Origin: Octopus vulgaris
Taxonomy: Eukaryota
NCBI GenBank assembly: GCA_951406725.2
Contig: OX597823.1
Coordinates: forward strand, 10,292,001 to 10,356,000
Direction: 5' to 3'
Length of the DNA stretch: 64,000 bases
Below are positions 40,682 to 54,409 of the stretch, one piece after another. A program made the position numbers and the translations under genes. Each line of letters opens with the position of its first letter. The first letter of the stretch is position 1. The notes beneath the pieces were generated by a model, which was not told the origin of the DNA, did not search any database, and saw nothing but the letters and a program-made list of their open reading frames with translations.

Positions 40682-41067
40682 GGCGAGCTGGCAGAAACGT
40701 TAGCATGCCGGGCGAAATGCTTAGCGGTATCTCGTCTGCGTTACATTGTTGAGTTCAAATTCCGCCGAGGTCGACTTTGCCTTTCATCCTTTCGGGGTCG
40801 ATTAAATAAGTACCAGTTACGCACTGTGGTCGATGTAATCGACTTAATACCTATCTCTGTCCTTGTTTGTCCCCTCTGTGTTTAGCCCCTTGTGAGTAAT
40901 AAAGAAATAGGTATTTCGTCTGCCGCTACATTCCGCCGAGGTCGACTTTGCCTTTCATCCTTTCGGGGTCGATTAAATAAGTACCAGTTACGCACTGGGA
41001 TCGATATAATCGACTTAATCCGTTTGTCTATCCTTGTTTGTCCTCTCTGTGGGCAATAAAGAAACAG
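40682..41067 (+). mobile_element. SINE family A plus tandem head-truncated second unit
   Basis: Full unit to ~40911, then restart at GTATTTCGTCTGCCGCTAC. Confidence 0.85.
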
Positions 41068-41189
41068 ATATTTGTTCTTATTCTTTATGTCTTGATTTAA
41101 ATTCTCGCCAGTGTCAACTTTCCATTTCATCTATTCAGGTTCGATAAATCAAAGCACTTGTAAAGTACGAGAGTAGATGTACTGAAACC

Positions 41190-41460
41190 TCCTCAGTTAC
41201 GACCTCAAGTGTTCCAGTTGTTCCGCTTAACGGAACTAAAGTGGAAATTATAGTGTAAGTAGGTGAGCAGTCCATGGACACGCGTACCCTTAACGTAGTT
41301 TTCAGGAAGATTCAAATTCAGCGTGACACCGAATGTAACTATACTGGCCCTCTGAATTACAAGTCCAACTCATTTTTACCAGGTAAGTGGACTAGAGTAA
41401 TGCTTTCCTTACGTACAAGTAGCTCCGCCAGGATCGAACTTACTACCTTACGATCGTAAA
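41190..41460 (-). mobile_element. Older SINE: CORE-like segment plus family C tail 1
   Basis: The minus strand reads CCACTTACCTGGTAAAAATGAG...GTGTCACGCTGAAT...AACTACGTTAAGGGTACGCGTGTC. Related decayed copies at ~22865-23190 and ~47930-48240. Confidence 0.6.
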
Positions 41461-42202
41461 CCGATTCCCAGTGCATTCTCAAACGGCTCAACAAAATCAA
41501 ATCAAAGTTTACATGGTAATACTATAAGACCTCAAGAGTTCAAATTCCTCAAGAGTTCAAATTCCGCCGAGGTCGACTTTGGGAATCGAAACCATGATCC
41601 TACGACCGTGAGTCCGCTGCCCTAACCACTGGGCCATTGCGCCTCCACTACACATACATATACATACCTGACGATTGACATGCGTGAAGCGTGGAGTTAG
41701 TTGGTGCTGTCCTCAGTTGGAATCAGTGATTATCAGGAATGTCATTTTACTAGTGTCAAGAAGGAAATGTTATGAGAGTGACAGAGTTGACAGAGGTAAG
41801 AACATGAAAGAAAGAAAGAAGAAAACACACCGCCCAAGGAAAAAATTACAGGAAAAGAAACACAAGCCACAGGAAGCAGAAACATACCCAATAAGACAAG
41901 CAACTACAACAAGCGGGGAGGCGCATCGACCCAGTGGTCATTTTTGGTGGGTTCAAAAGTTACAAACCTCCCGCCGCCAATTTTCCATGATAGGTTAGGG
42001 CGTGGAATCCTCCAAACGGACGTATTATATATCGATTATTCGAATTCGACTATGATTTAATCAAATGTTTTGTTATCGCTGCTCTTTCCTCTATCACCTG
42101 TTTCAAAATTAACTGTAATATATATAAACAAGATATGCTATTGTTATCCCGAGCAACGCCGGGTATCTCTGCTACTATGACATATATTTATTAATCTATA
42201 CA

Positions 42203-42810
42203 TGGAGGCGCAATGGCCCAGTGGTTAGGGCAGCGGACTCGCGGTCATAGGATCGCGGTTTCGATTCCCAGACCGGGCGTTGTGAGTGTTTATTGAGCGA
42301 AATCACCTAAAGCTCCACGAGGCTCCGGCAGGGGTTGGTGGTGATCCCTGCTGTACTCTTTCACCACAGCTTTCTCTCACTCTTACTTCCTGTTTCTGTT
42401 GTACCTGTCTTTCAAAGGGCCGGCCTTGTCACTATTTGTGTCACGCTGAATATCCCCGAGAACTACGTTAAGGGTACACGTGTCTGTGGAGTGCTCAGCC
42501 ACTTACACGTTAATTTATTGAGCGAAAACACCTAAAGCTCCACGAGGCTCCGGCAGGGGATGGTGGTGATCCCTGCTGTACTCTTCCATCACAACTTTCT
42601 CTGACTCTTACTTCCTGTTTCTGTTGTACCTGTATTTCAAAGGGCCGGCCTTGTCACTCTCTGTGTCACGCTGAATATCCCCGAGAACTACGTTAAGGGT
42701 ACACGTGTCTGTGGAGTGCTCAGCCACTTACACGTTAATTTCACGAGCAGGCTGTTCCGTTGATTCGGATCAACCGGAACCCTCGTCGTCGTAACCGACG
42801 GAGTGCTTCC
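42203..42810 (+). mobile_element. SINE family C (tail 1) with a 225-bp internal tandem duplication
   Basis: tRNA head, duplicated body, hairpin tail and TSD AATCTATACATG (42193-42204, 42811-42822). Confidence 0.9.
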
Positions 42811-43063
42811 AATCTATACATGTGATAGAAAAGTCTTATATTAGATGCTAACATTCGGTAGAGATAAGGACTCAATAATTGATAATGTTAAGTTGAGCAG
42901 TTTTCTCTTGATTCAAATGTCACCAGTAACAATCTCCTCATTCATCCTTCTACTCTCAATAAAGTACCCGGCTCCTACTGATCTCGCTTTATTTGACGTC
43001 CACGAAATGGGGACATTCTTATTAAGTACGGAATGCGATGATTTGCTGCGGGAAAAAAATCAC

Positions 43064-43492
43064 TGGATCTCTTCGGTTTGAACGGCAGTTTTTAACATAA
43101 TTTCTAGGTAACTAAAAAATTTTAAACTTCGTATACTGGTAGAATGCGTTCATAAAACATCTTTTTCTCTTGGCTTTATTGAGAAAATTCTATAGTTTGT
43201 AAGATATTTGTTGGTTTTTTTTCTTCAATTTCTGCAATTTCAACCAATCACTGACGTCTATTGAGGTAAAAAAAAACATTCTTTGCCGTATGACTATGTC
43301 CCTCGTTTAAGAAACCGATTGGGCTTATTTACATTTGTGAAGAAAAAAAGATACCCTTCCCCCTAAACCTAACCTTAACCCTAACCCTAAAACATATTGA
43401 AATGCAATAGATCGATACTAGGGTCATAATTATGGGTGACAATTTTATATGACACCGCTAGAAAAAACTGCCGTTCAAACCGAAAAGATCCA
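43064..43492. mobile_element. MITE / non-autonomous TIR DNA transposon
   Basis: ~30-bp TIRs TGGATCTCTTCGGTTTGAACGGCAGTTTTT (1 mismatch), flanking ATCAC repeat and internal (CCCTAA)-like x5. Confidence 0.85.
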
Positions 43493-43998
43493 ATCACCTG
43501 GCTTGCATAGTCTGTCCTACGATTTTTATGCTCACATGCCAGACTTATCTGCAACCTCTTGGCAGCTGCTATTATTGGTGATTGAATAACAGACATAGGA
43601 GAGCGCTAGTGTGGAAATAATAGAGCACTTAGTCCTCTGAACTTTACTAGTGGAAAAGTCGATTATGAAATGTGTTGTAGGTAACTGAATTGATGCCAAA
43701 ATCAAGCAGCAGTGATAAGCAGCCGGAAAATATGAATATTTTTCTTTTTTAATTTAGCAGAAACGATCGAGCACCATATTTCATGGTATTTAATTTTGTC
43801 TTCTCTCCAGTCTCTGAGTCCAAATTCCACGGGGGTTACATATGTCTTTCAACTGTGCATGGCTGATAAATAGAAGCACCTGTTGATAATATGTCTCTCC
43901 CTGACACATATGTGGCCTTTTGCCAATACATGCAACCGTGATTTTTGTTATTATTGTCGCTGTTGGTTTCTCTAAGCAGCAGCAGCAGCAACAGCAGC

Positions 43999-44034
<36 letters not shown>

Positions 44035-44055
44035 CGTAGCAGCAGTAGCAGCAGC

Positions 44056-44094
<39 letters not shown>

Positions 44095-44140
44095 TGTAGT
44101 AGTAGTAGTAGTAGTTGTTGTTGTTGTTTGTTTGTTTGTT

Positions 44141-44500
44141 GAGCAAAGCGGTCTTCGTCCCATTAGTGGGAGAAGTCCGAAACGTGGTCCTTTGCTATTC
44201 GTAAGACCCGCAGAAGAGAAAGCAGGCCAACCCCCGACACCGAGAGCATCGACGGATGGATGAATGCGCATCCAGGCTCAGCGGCTGCGTAGGAAGACGG
44301 GGACAAGAAACAGGAAGAAAGAGTGAGAGAAAGTTGGGGCGAAAAAGTACAACAGGGGTCGTCACCACCCGCTGCCGGAGCCTCGTGGTACTTTAGGTGT
44401 TTTCGCTCAATAAACACACACAACGCCCGGTCTGGGAATCGAAACCGCGATCCTCCGACCATGAGTCCGCTGCCCTACCCACTAGGCCATTGCACCTCCA
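44141..44500 (-). mobile_element. SINE family C head with a third, distinct tail
   Basis: The head and body match family C up to CTTCCTGTTTCT, followed by an unrelated ~165-bp GC-rich tail. Flanked by (GTT)n. Confidence 0.8.
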
Positions 44501-44845
44501 CTGTTGTTGTTGTTGTAACAGTAGCATGTTCTCCACTGTCCAACGAGCCCCAATGAGGAAATATATAAGCGGAGGCACGACGGGCTGAAAATTGCGAAAA
44601 ACTCTGCTTCAAATCATACTTAAATCTTAAATGCATTTTTTCTCTACACTAGTTACATCGAATGACTACTTTCTTCTAAGCGGGAGAAGGACTCACTCGA
44701 CTTGCATGAAATACGGAACTATTCTAAAAGGTTCCATTGCAGGATTCAATGTAAAGGTACAATACATCAGAGAAAGAAAAGGAAAACAAACAGATAACAT
44801 AGTTACGGCTGAAATACTTTAGGTCTTTCTTTACTAGATTGATCG

Positions 44846-45215
44846 TGGAAGCGCAATGGCCCAGTGGTTAGGGCAGCAGACTCGCGGTTTCGATTCCCAG
44901 ACCGGGCGTTGTGAGTGTTTATTGAGCAAAAACACTTAAAAGCTCCACGAGGCTCCGGCAGGGGATGGTGGTGATCCCTGCTGTACTCTTTCACCACAAC
45001 TTTCTCTCACTCTTTCTTCCTGTTTCTGTTGTACCTATATTTCAAAGGGCCGGCCTTGTCACTCTCTGTGTCACGCTGAATATCCCCGAGAACTACGTTA
45101 AGGGTACACGTGTCTGTGGAGCGCTCAGCCACTTACACGTTAATTTCACGAGCAGGCTGTTCCGTTGATTCGGATCAACCGGAACCCTCGTCGTCGTAAG
45201 CGACGGAGTGCTTCC
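44846..45215 (+). mobile_element. SINE family C (tail 1)
   Basis: Full copy with a small head deletion and TSD ACTAG(A/T)TTGATC. Confidence 0.9.
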
Positions 45216-45637
45216 ACTAGTTTGATCTGTGGTTAAATAATAACTATTTCAGGGTGTTACTTCTCCCTACAAACGAATAAACTTGCAACAGTATTCCTAT
45301 CTCCAGCATGTGAAAAAGTATTAGTTTTAGGAGGAATTCACCAGGTTCTTTTGGGTCACGTTCTCTCCTATCATTGTACCAAAGGTGTTAGGGCTGATTA
45401 TATCATAAAACCGAAATACGTTCCGGTTCTGCTAGTGTTACTGTTACCTGGATACACCGATCTTTCATTAGCCTTAAAATTCATATTATTTAAAGGAAAC
45501 AATGCATGTATTTAAGAACTACTAATAGTTTTATATGTTGAGAAATATCTCAAACTTACCTTCTGGTACAAACCACATATAACGAACTAAGAAAAATTTA
45601 ATAAAGGACGACACGAGAAAAAAACTGAAAAGGTAGC

Positions 45638-45664
<27 letters not shown>

Positions 45665-45669
<5 letters not shown>

Positions 45670-45840
45670 CATATATAGGTACATTAAAAGGCCTCTAAAA
45701 GAAGAAGCAAGTACTAGATACACAAAAAGGGGATAAATTCATGAAATGAAAATCAAAAACGTTTTTGATTTTCATTTCTGGAATGTCTCTAGTACTTGCT
45801 TCTTCTTTTAGAGGCCTTTAATGTACCTATATATGAATAA
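45665..45840. repeat. Fold-back inverted repeat with a perfect 36-bp central palindrome
   Basis: Outer arms TTATTCATATATAGGTACATTAAA..GTACTAGA, inner GAAATGAAAATCAAAAAC|GTTTTTGATTTTCATTTC. Confidence 0.9.
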
Positions 45841-45917
45841 CATATAGTCTAATGACTAATTTGTCTTTTGTGTTAGATCACTGGTAATAATAATTTATTT
45901 TATTACCCTATTTACTA

Positions 45918-45960
<43 letters not shown>

Positions 45961-46569
45961 GTGAGTGAACAATGGAAAATTTACATATATTTTAAAACTG
46001 TTTGATTCGGCCCCATGTATCTTAAAATTTCGTAGGCAGGTCACAGGTACCTAGCTCGCCGGACTTGGACGGCCACCTTTAGGTTGTATGAGACAAAATC
46101 AAACTGTTTTACAGGATAAAGATAATGTAGAGCCAACCAGTGAGTTTCGTGGCTTATGATCTTAATTGATTGAAAGTGTTATCCTCTACATGTTTTGTCT
46201 TAGAATGAAAGATGGGCTACAACCAATATTCTGCTGAATGCTTCAGATTTACTTGTCATTAGCTTGACTCTAATCGTTTGATCATGTGCCTTAGTGGCTG
46301 ACAACACCTGCATCTCTGATCACAAGCAGGAGAAGGAAATTCTAACTGGACCTAACTGGACCTAACGTGCAAGGTCATGCGCTGTTTATTTTGACATGAG
46401 TTCACCATGTCACGCACATAAGGTTGTGATGCATGTGTCTGGTGCAACCTTATCCAGACGAGTAGTCATGATGGGTATATTGGGCTTCGTATATTAGTAA
46501 ACCAGCGTCACTTTGATGGCACTCGTGGCTCTCTCAATAATGATAATGATGTTATATATAATATTGACA

Positions 46570-47020
46570 TGGTATGACAGAGCAACTCAGCACATACATT
46601 TGTCAATATATCACACTACCCCCCCCCCTCACAAAAGCAATTGATTGGAAAACACTTGTTATCCAGAATGCCGAGGTTTCAATCCATTTGAATTTCACAG
46701 TTCAGACTGATCTGGACAACCGACCTGATTTCATACAGTAAAATCATATTGAAAATGTTTATCATCTGATTGGCATTGCAGCCCCAGATGAAAAAGTCAC
46801 ATGTGTGGAAACGTTTGAAAAACTGGGTAAATATAACGACCTGGAAATTGAAATTGGAAGAACGTGGCATCTCAAAATAACATTACCAATTATTATCGGG
46901 GCATTTGGAGGAGCAAACAAATATGTAGACCAAGTCCCTGGCAGCCACAAAGTAAGCAAATTACAAGAGATCATATTTATGGATACTTCACATATTCTAC
47001 ATAAATTCCTCACCATGTAG
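46570..47020 (+). mobile_element. R4/Dong-type LINE 3' fragment
   Basis: EKLGKYNDLEIEIGRTWHLKITLPIIIGAFG...DTSHILHKFL*. Confidence 0.75.
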
Positions 47021-47233
47021 ATGCTGCCTTACTCATTCTGTATTTTTTCTTCCACAGGCATTAATGTCTTCAGTTGCACGGCACGTTGCTTGTTAGAATT
47101 TTCAGATGCAAAACCTTGTGTTCCGTTGCCGCCCCAGGTTGAGACTTTGATGCAACACGTATAAATTAAAACAAAACCAAAACAATAACATAACTTCTCT
47201 TATTAGACCCCGGCGCATAGATGAAAGAGACAT

Positions 47234-47296
<63 letters not shown>

Positions 47297-48267
47297 GCAC
47301 ACACACTCACAATCTCTCTCGGGCAGAATGATTAGTGACATTTCATCTGACTCTACGCTCTGAGTTCAAATTCCGCTGAGATCGGCTTTGCCTGTCGTCC
47401 TCTCGAGGTCAATGAAGTATTGACTGAGCACTGGAGTTGATGTACTCGACGAATCCCCTCCCCTAAATAATCCAAGGCCTTGGCCATATAGTAAGAAGGT
47501 TTATTCTTGTAAGCTTAATTTTGATTTGCATCCGTAAAATGCTGTTTCGATTCAGGTTGCGTGGGTTAGTGGTTAGCGTATTACGTTCAAGAAAATATAG
47601 TTTTGTGTTCGAAACCCTTCCAGGAAGTCGACGTGCTGTGCCTTTAAGTAAGGCCCTTCCTTTTTCACTCTACAATCTATTGGGTCAATGGTTAGGAGGG
47701 TGAAGTAGGTGTGTCCACTACACAAACATCTAAACAAATAGCAAAACCACGGTACGTTTGCTTCAGCAGATTTCGAGCAGATTTCGAACGGACACTAATC
47801 AGATGTCCTTTATCCTGAAGACATTGTAAAATTCTTAGTCTCTTCTGCCTAATAAATTTAGTTAATTTGTGGAAGCCATTTAACAATCTTAGTATATTAT
47901 TCTAGGCAATAGGGTGAAGTTTTGTGAGACTCTGTCGACGATGAAGATTCGGCTTTTCAGTTACCTGCGTCACAATTAATGTGTAAGTGGTTGAGTATTC
48001 CATAGCTACGTCTACTCTTAAAGTAATTCTCAGAAAGATTCTGCGTGACATGATGTATGACAAAGCATACATATGTGAATTATTGCTGCAAATGAACCAA
48101 AGGATTTTTATTACAATTTGTGGCTACCCAGTTTCACTTACAGTCTACTCGAGGCTATAAAAAATGATATTTCAACAAGATTACTCACAGTTGAATCGAA
48201 CCCGTTACCTCGTGTTTGCGTAATGAACATCTTAACCATTTGTTCATATTCCGTCTACAGAGTAATT

Positions 48268-48653
48268 TGGAGGCACAATGGCCCAGTAGTTAGGGCAGCG
48301 GACTCGCAGTCGTAGGATCGCGGTTTCGATTCCCAGACCGGGCTTTGTGAGTGTTTATTGAGCGAAAACACCTAAAGCTCCACGAGGCTCCGGCAGGGGA
48401 TGGTGGTGATCCCTGCTGTACTCTTTCACTACAACTTTCTCTCACTCTATCTTCCTGTTTCTGTTGTACCTGTATTTCAAAAGGCCGGCCTTGTCACTCT
48501 CTGTGTCACGCTGAATATCCCCGAGAACTACGTTAAGGGTACAAGTGTCTGTGGTGTGCTCAGCCACTTACACGTTAATTTCACGAGCAGGCTGTTCCGT
48601 TGATCGGATCAACCGGAACCCTCATCGTCGTAACCGACGGAGTGCTTCCTTCC
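48268..48653 (+). mobile_element. SINE family C (tail 1)
   Basis: Full copy with 13-bp TSD ACAGAGTAATTTG. Confidence 0.9.
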
Positions 48654-49373
48654 ACAGAGTAATTTGCAAAAAAAAAAAAATCAAAAGAATTCTAGAAAGC
48701 AACTAGAATAAATTTCATTGTTTTTGTTTACTCCGAATGAGAACTATGATTAAAGGATTTCCATCTGTGGCAGTATCGTTCAAGGGTACGTAAATGTTCC
48801 TTGGTTCTGTTTGATGTTGTAGTATGTATGATTTGGGGGGAAAATTTTCTCCTGTTTCTAGCAAGTTAGCTAATCGCATAGAGTAACTACATTTGATAGG
48901 GGGAGCAACTTTTGATCCAAATAGTAAACAGCAAATTCACTTCTTATCCATGCGGAAAGAACAGCGATTTCTGTCTTCTCTTTTTTGTCGTTGCGGCAGC
49001 GTGAAACATAACAGCAAATTGTGTAATCATGGAAGTGAAAAGCGAACTACAAAATATTACAGTGATAACACAAATAATATTGATGAACGATAACAGAAAA
49101 TAACAGGCAAAATGACGCCATGCTAGACACTAACTTCTTATGATGGAATATCGAGATGCTACAGAATATAAATGAAGCAAGCGTTAGACTATAAAACTGC
49201 GGTTATGCAATATTTGGCAATAAACAACAGCATTGATACGGTTATGGATGCTCGAGAAGTGACATTGTACAAAGCTGCATTAAGGTTGGATGGTCCCTAA
49301 ACAACAATATAACACTGTATAAGTAAATATATATATATCTATATATATATACATACACATCTGTATGTGTGTG

Positions 49374-49412
<39 letters not shown>

Positions 49413-49433
49413 TACTTACATTCATATCAACGC

Positions 49434-49508
<75 letters not shown>

Positions 49509-50159
49509 CATATATATATATATCATGATGCACTTGTGTGTGTGTTATCAGTGTGTGTGCGTTTGTCAGAGTGAGAGAGAGAGAGGGTAAGGGTATATGA
49601 AGGGTGAGAAGTGTAATTATCGATTTACCTTCGCGTATATATCTCTGTAAAGGTATAGAAATATTTTAAACGTACACATGCGTGCATATGCACACACACA
49701 CACACACACACACACACGCCTCCCTGTATGTATGTCTATGTGAGTGATTGATTATCTAAGCATATGCACATGTATACATCTATAGACAATGCCGCACAGT
49801 TTAATGGTTTTAATAAATATTTGTAAACATATTTAACGTCACAATTTTATTATTTTCTACACCAAATCTCTTTGTTTACACAAGGGTTTAAAACTACTGT
49901 CTCATAAATTTATAGATTCAGTTATGCATATGAAGAGAGGTGCTGTTCGGTTAACGAGGCACACTCCATGGTCATGTTTGACTGTAGAGAATGTAGAGAA
50001 AACTCCATAACACGCCCTAAAACGTTACCAAAGATCATGGTACTTTAGCGTTAAAACTAAGTCGTGTCAGGGAGGATATACTAAAGCTATTGTTTCATGT
50101 TATTAAGACAAACCTTTTAAATTGGGATTTAACAAGCAATATATGTTAACATAGCGAGA

Positions 50160-50605
50160 AATAAGTGCCTGGCTAAACAGCTCTCTTTGCAATCATGTAG
50201 TTCTGGGTTCAAACCCACTACCGGACCACTTCGGCAAATATCATGTACTATAGCATCAGGTTGAACAATGTCTTGTGAGTGAATTTGGTAGACGGAAACT
50301 GTGTGGAAACCTTTCGTTTAGATATATTTTAAAAATTCTTTTACTTGTTTCAGCTATTTTGACTGTGGCCATGCAGATGCACAGCCTTTTAGTCGAAGAA
50401 ATCTACCCCAGGACTTCTTTGTAAGGCTGGTACTTATTATATCGGTGTCTTTTGCCGAACCGCTAAGTCACGGTGACGTAAACACACCAATATCGGTTGT
50501 CAAGTGTAGGTGGATGGACAAACAGAAACACACACACGCACACACACACACACATATATATATATACGACGGGTTTCTTTCACTTTCCGTCTATCAAATC
50601 CACTC
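50160..50605. mobile_element. Two opposed SINE family B fragments
   Basis: Diverged 5' half on + (~50160-50320) and 3' part on - (~50338-50605). Confidence 0.65.
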
Positions 50606-53521
50606 ATTCTGACTTTACAAAATAATTTGAAGTATACACATCAGACAATCTTTTATGAAAACTATACTACTAATTATGTATATAACGCAACATAATGCAC
50701 ATACACCTATTTGTGTGTGTGTGGGGGGGGGGGTCTGTGTGTATGTGCGTGTGAGAGAGAGATACGAGTGATGTTTATGGAATATGTTTTAAATGCACGT
50801 CATTTAACCGTCGAATTTGAAGTGTATAGTTTCTACTACAGTCTGAAACAGATGCTTTTAATGAGATATGTAGAAAGAGATTGTGTAATATTAATCCCAT
50901 GTAAACATTGTGTATTTGTCACTGAAAAACGTGTAAACATGTTATAAATAAATAATTTCACATTATATTCTCTTGATTTGTACTCCATGTCTAACGTGTG
51001 TGTGCGTGTGGTCTCTATGTGGGTGTGTGTACTGGCGTTTGCGCGTGTATGTATGGTAGTTTGTCCATATGGCGATAACCAAGAGACAGCCATTAAATAA
51101 ATAAAGAAATATACAAGAAATGCTCATTCTTAAGTGAGCGATAAAGGCAATGATCTCAACCATACCGCACCTCAACAGGAGACGCAGCCATTCCGAGAAC
51201 CTCAATTATAATTGCTCCCACCACTACTAAAGCTTCGTTTGTGGAATGCATGTGATACCTGCTGCAAAGGAAGACCCGCCGCTTCTTACTCGAACTTTTT
51301 AAACATCAATAATGAATGAAGGTTATTACTTTGCAACAGTTCAACATAGGGAAGCAGAAGACAGCGACTGATTCGTCATACAATTCATATTCTTTGCGCC
51401 TGAAACTCTGGAAGTGAGGTATTTCGTTGAGGCAACTGTGTAGAATAGAATACTTCGATCACAATAAAAGGATTTTTGATTATTATTTGAGGGTGTTGCC
51501 AATCGTATTAGTTGCAAAGTTTCTTCCCAGTAGACTCGTTCTCTCCTTCTCATACATTATACTGAGTGGGAAGATGAAATCAAGAAAATTGAGTTTCTAT
51601 GAAAATGCAGGAGATTGCTAAAGTCACGAAAGGAATCTCTTGACCTTGGTGAGTGATGTATTGTGGTGTGTATCCAGGCCATGAAACACCTTTCCATCGT
51701 AGCTTGTAGCCTTCTGTGACGGTATGTTACCATCTACACCAGTTGCATCTATTGACTACTGCCGACAACCTATCACCCTAAATCTACTCAATCAACAATA
51801 ACAACAATATATTATAGTGCAATAAGGCGATGGGCAAGCAAAATTGTTATCACTCCGGACAAAATGCTTAGTTGCACTTCGTCTGTCTTTACGTTCTGGG
51901 TCCAAAATCTTCTAAGGTCGACTTTGCTTTCCATCTGCTTCGGGTTGGATAAAATAAGTACCAGCTGGACACGAGGATCGATGCAATCAACATGTGGTGG
52001 TGCCATGAAGTAAACATGCTTCAGATACACTCGTTTATTCATACAAACGTAACTGAGATGAAATATGTCATAAATAACAGTGACAAACGAAATATACACT
52101 ACCGGAAGTTGTTGTTGACAACCAACAGCAGTAATCTTATTCAGCTGAATACATGTCATTGATTGGTTGAAATTACCGAAATACGATAACTTTAACACGA
52201 AATGACTTTGAAAATATAAACTCCGAACAAAATGCTTAGTTGCATTTCGTCTGCCTTTACGTTCTGGGTTCAAATTTCGCCTAGGTCGACTTTGCTCTCC
52301 ATCTGTTTCGGGTTGGATAAAATAAGTACTAGCTGGACACTAGGATCGATGCAATCAACTTACTCACTCGTCCGAAATTGTTGGGGTTTTTTTGCCAAAA
52401 TTTAAAAACAGTATATTATAGCGCTACATAAATGCAGTTATCGAACATCCAGTCGTTTTATAGTGTCTCCTATTTTCGTCGGCCATTTCATTTTAATATA
52501 TCATTCAATGATGCTTTAAGAATACTCTTACACTTAAATGTCGATGAGATGTTTGTTTACTCATTTAGTTTCCATCATTGTTGCTTTTGTTGATTTATAA
52601 TATTTTTGATGAACGGTTGTTTGATATTATAGGTATATAAATATTTCAACGGTGAATATATTGGCTTGAAAAATATATATTACGGTTAATATTTTTTTTT
52701 CTGTTCTTTATATTCATTTTGTATGTGTGGGAAGACTGCATAAAGTTCAGTGGGGTATTTCAGCTAGAGAGTAAAGTATCAGTAAAAATACATGTGCTGC
52801 TATAATTCTGTATCTTTCAGAAAATGCTGAAACATTGCGTGAGAGAAACACCAGTATTCGACCACAAGGGAGAAAATATCAGATAGAAATTTAACGGAGA
52901 GAAGTAAATTTCTGATATATATATATATGCGATACTGTGAAAAGAATCATATTGTAATCAGGTGTACACTTCTCAAGTAACACACGACATTCTCTGAGAA
53001 GTCTGATCTAAATTAAAGGAACGACCTCTCACTAAAATTGATGTACAATTATCATTCGATTAAATATTTCGGTCGCAATACCCGCTCACAAAGTAAAAAG
53101 CTTTCTCCACGATAACTGTTTCGTTTGTATAATTTCGGTACCAATCTCTAGTGGTTGGAACCGAAGTATCTGACGTATTTATGTCTCATTATTGTAAGAA
53201 TCCTGTAAACATGTCTTCTGTATTACGAAAGATAATAACATTAAGATGTCTAGTGCAATGACAGGCAATAATCAGTTTCCTACAAAAATTTATCTGGATA
53301 ATTCATTTATTAAATATTTCTTATTTCAGTTATTGTCTCGTAAAAAGAAAAAAACAGAAGAAAGATATTGACAGTTAAGATAGATGACATAGAGTAGACG
53401 GTATTACACATCTACTGTTTGCGGAAAAACTATATTTAGATAGACAATGCACAAACCTACACATATGCATACGTACATACTTACATACGTGTGTATGTGT
53501 GTATGTATATATATATGTATA

Positions 53522-53594
<73 letters not shown>

Positions 53595-53935
53595 ATATAT
53601 ATATATATGTATGCATGTATATATGTAAGTATATATATATATGTGTGTGTATATATATATGTATATATGTATATATATATGTATATATATATATGTATAT
53701 ATATATATATGTCTATATATATATATGTATATGTATATATATATATGTATATATATACGTATATATATACATATGTGTGTATATATATATATATATGTGT
53801 GTGTATATATATATATGTATATATAAGTATATATATATATGTATATACATATATATATATATGTAAATGTATATATATATGTAAATGTATATATATATGT
53901 ATGCATGTATGCATATATATATATATATATGTATA

Positions 53936-53989
<54 letters not shown>

Positions 53990-54316
53990 TGTATGCGCGT
54001 GTATGTATGTGCATATTTATGTATACATGTATGTGTGTATGTATATATATATATATACATCTATATCTCTATATACGTATGTATATATATAGATATATAA
54101 GCATGTATGTGTCTATGCATGTATATATCTATATAGCTATAAATATATATCTTAATGGGAAAACTAGAGGCAGGAAAGAGGGAGGATAATGAAAAATAAA
54201 TATATATATGTATATGTATATATATGTGTATATATATGTATGTATGTTTATATATGCATGTATATGTATGTAAGTGTATATATATATATATATGTATGTA
54301 TATAAATTTATATATA

Positions 54317-54409
<93 letters not shown>

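Noticed and set aside
42203-42280. tRNA genes at family A, B and C heads
   Set aside because: The cloverleaf is incomplete and always followed by SINE body and tail, often with TSDs.
43361-43390. Telomere or chromosome-fusion site
   Set aside because: Only five imperfect units, located inside a TIR element.
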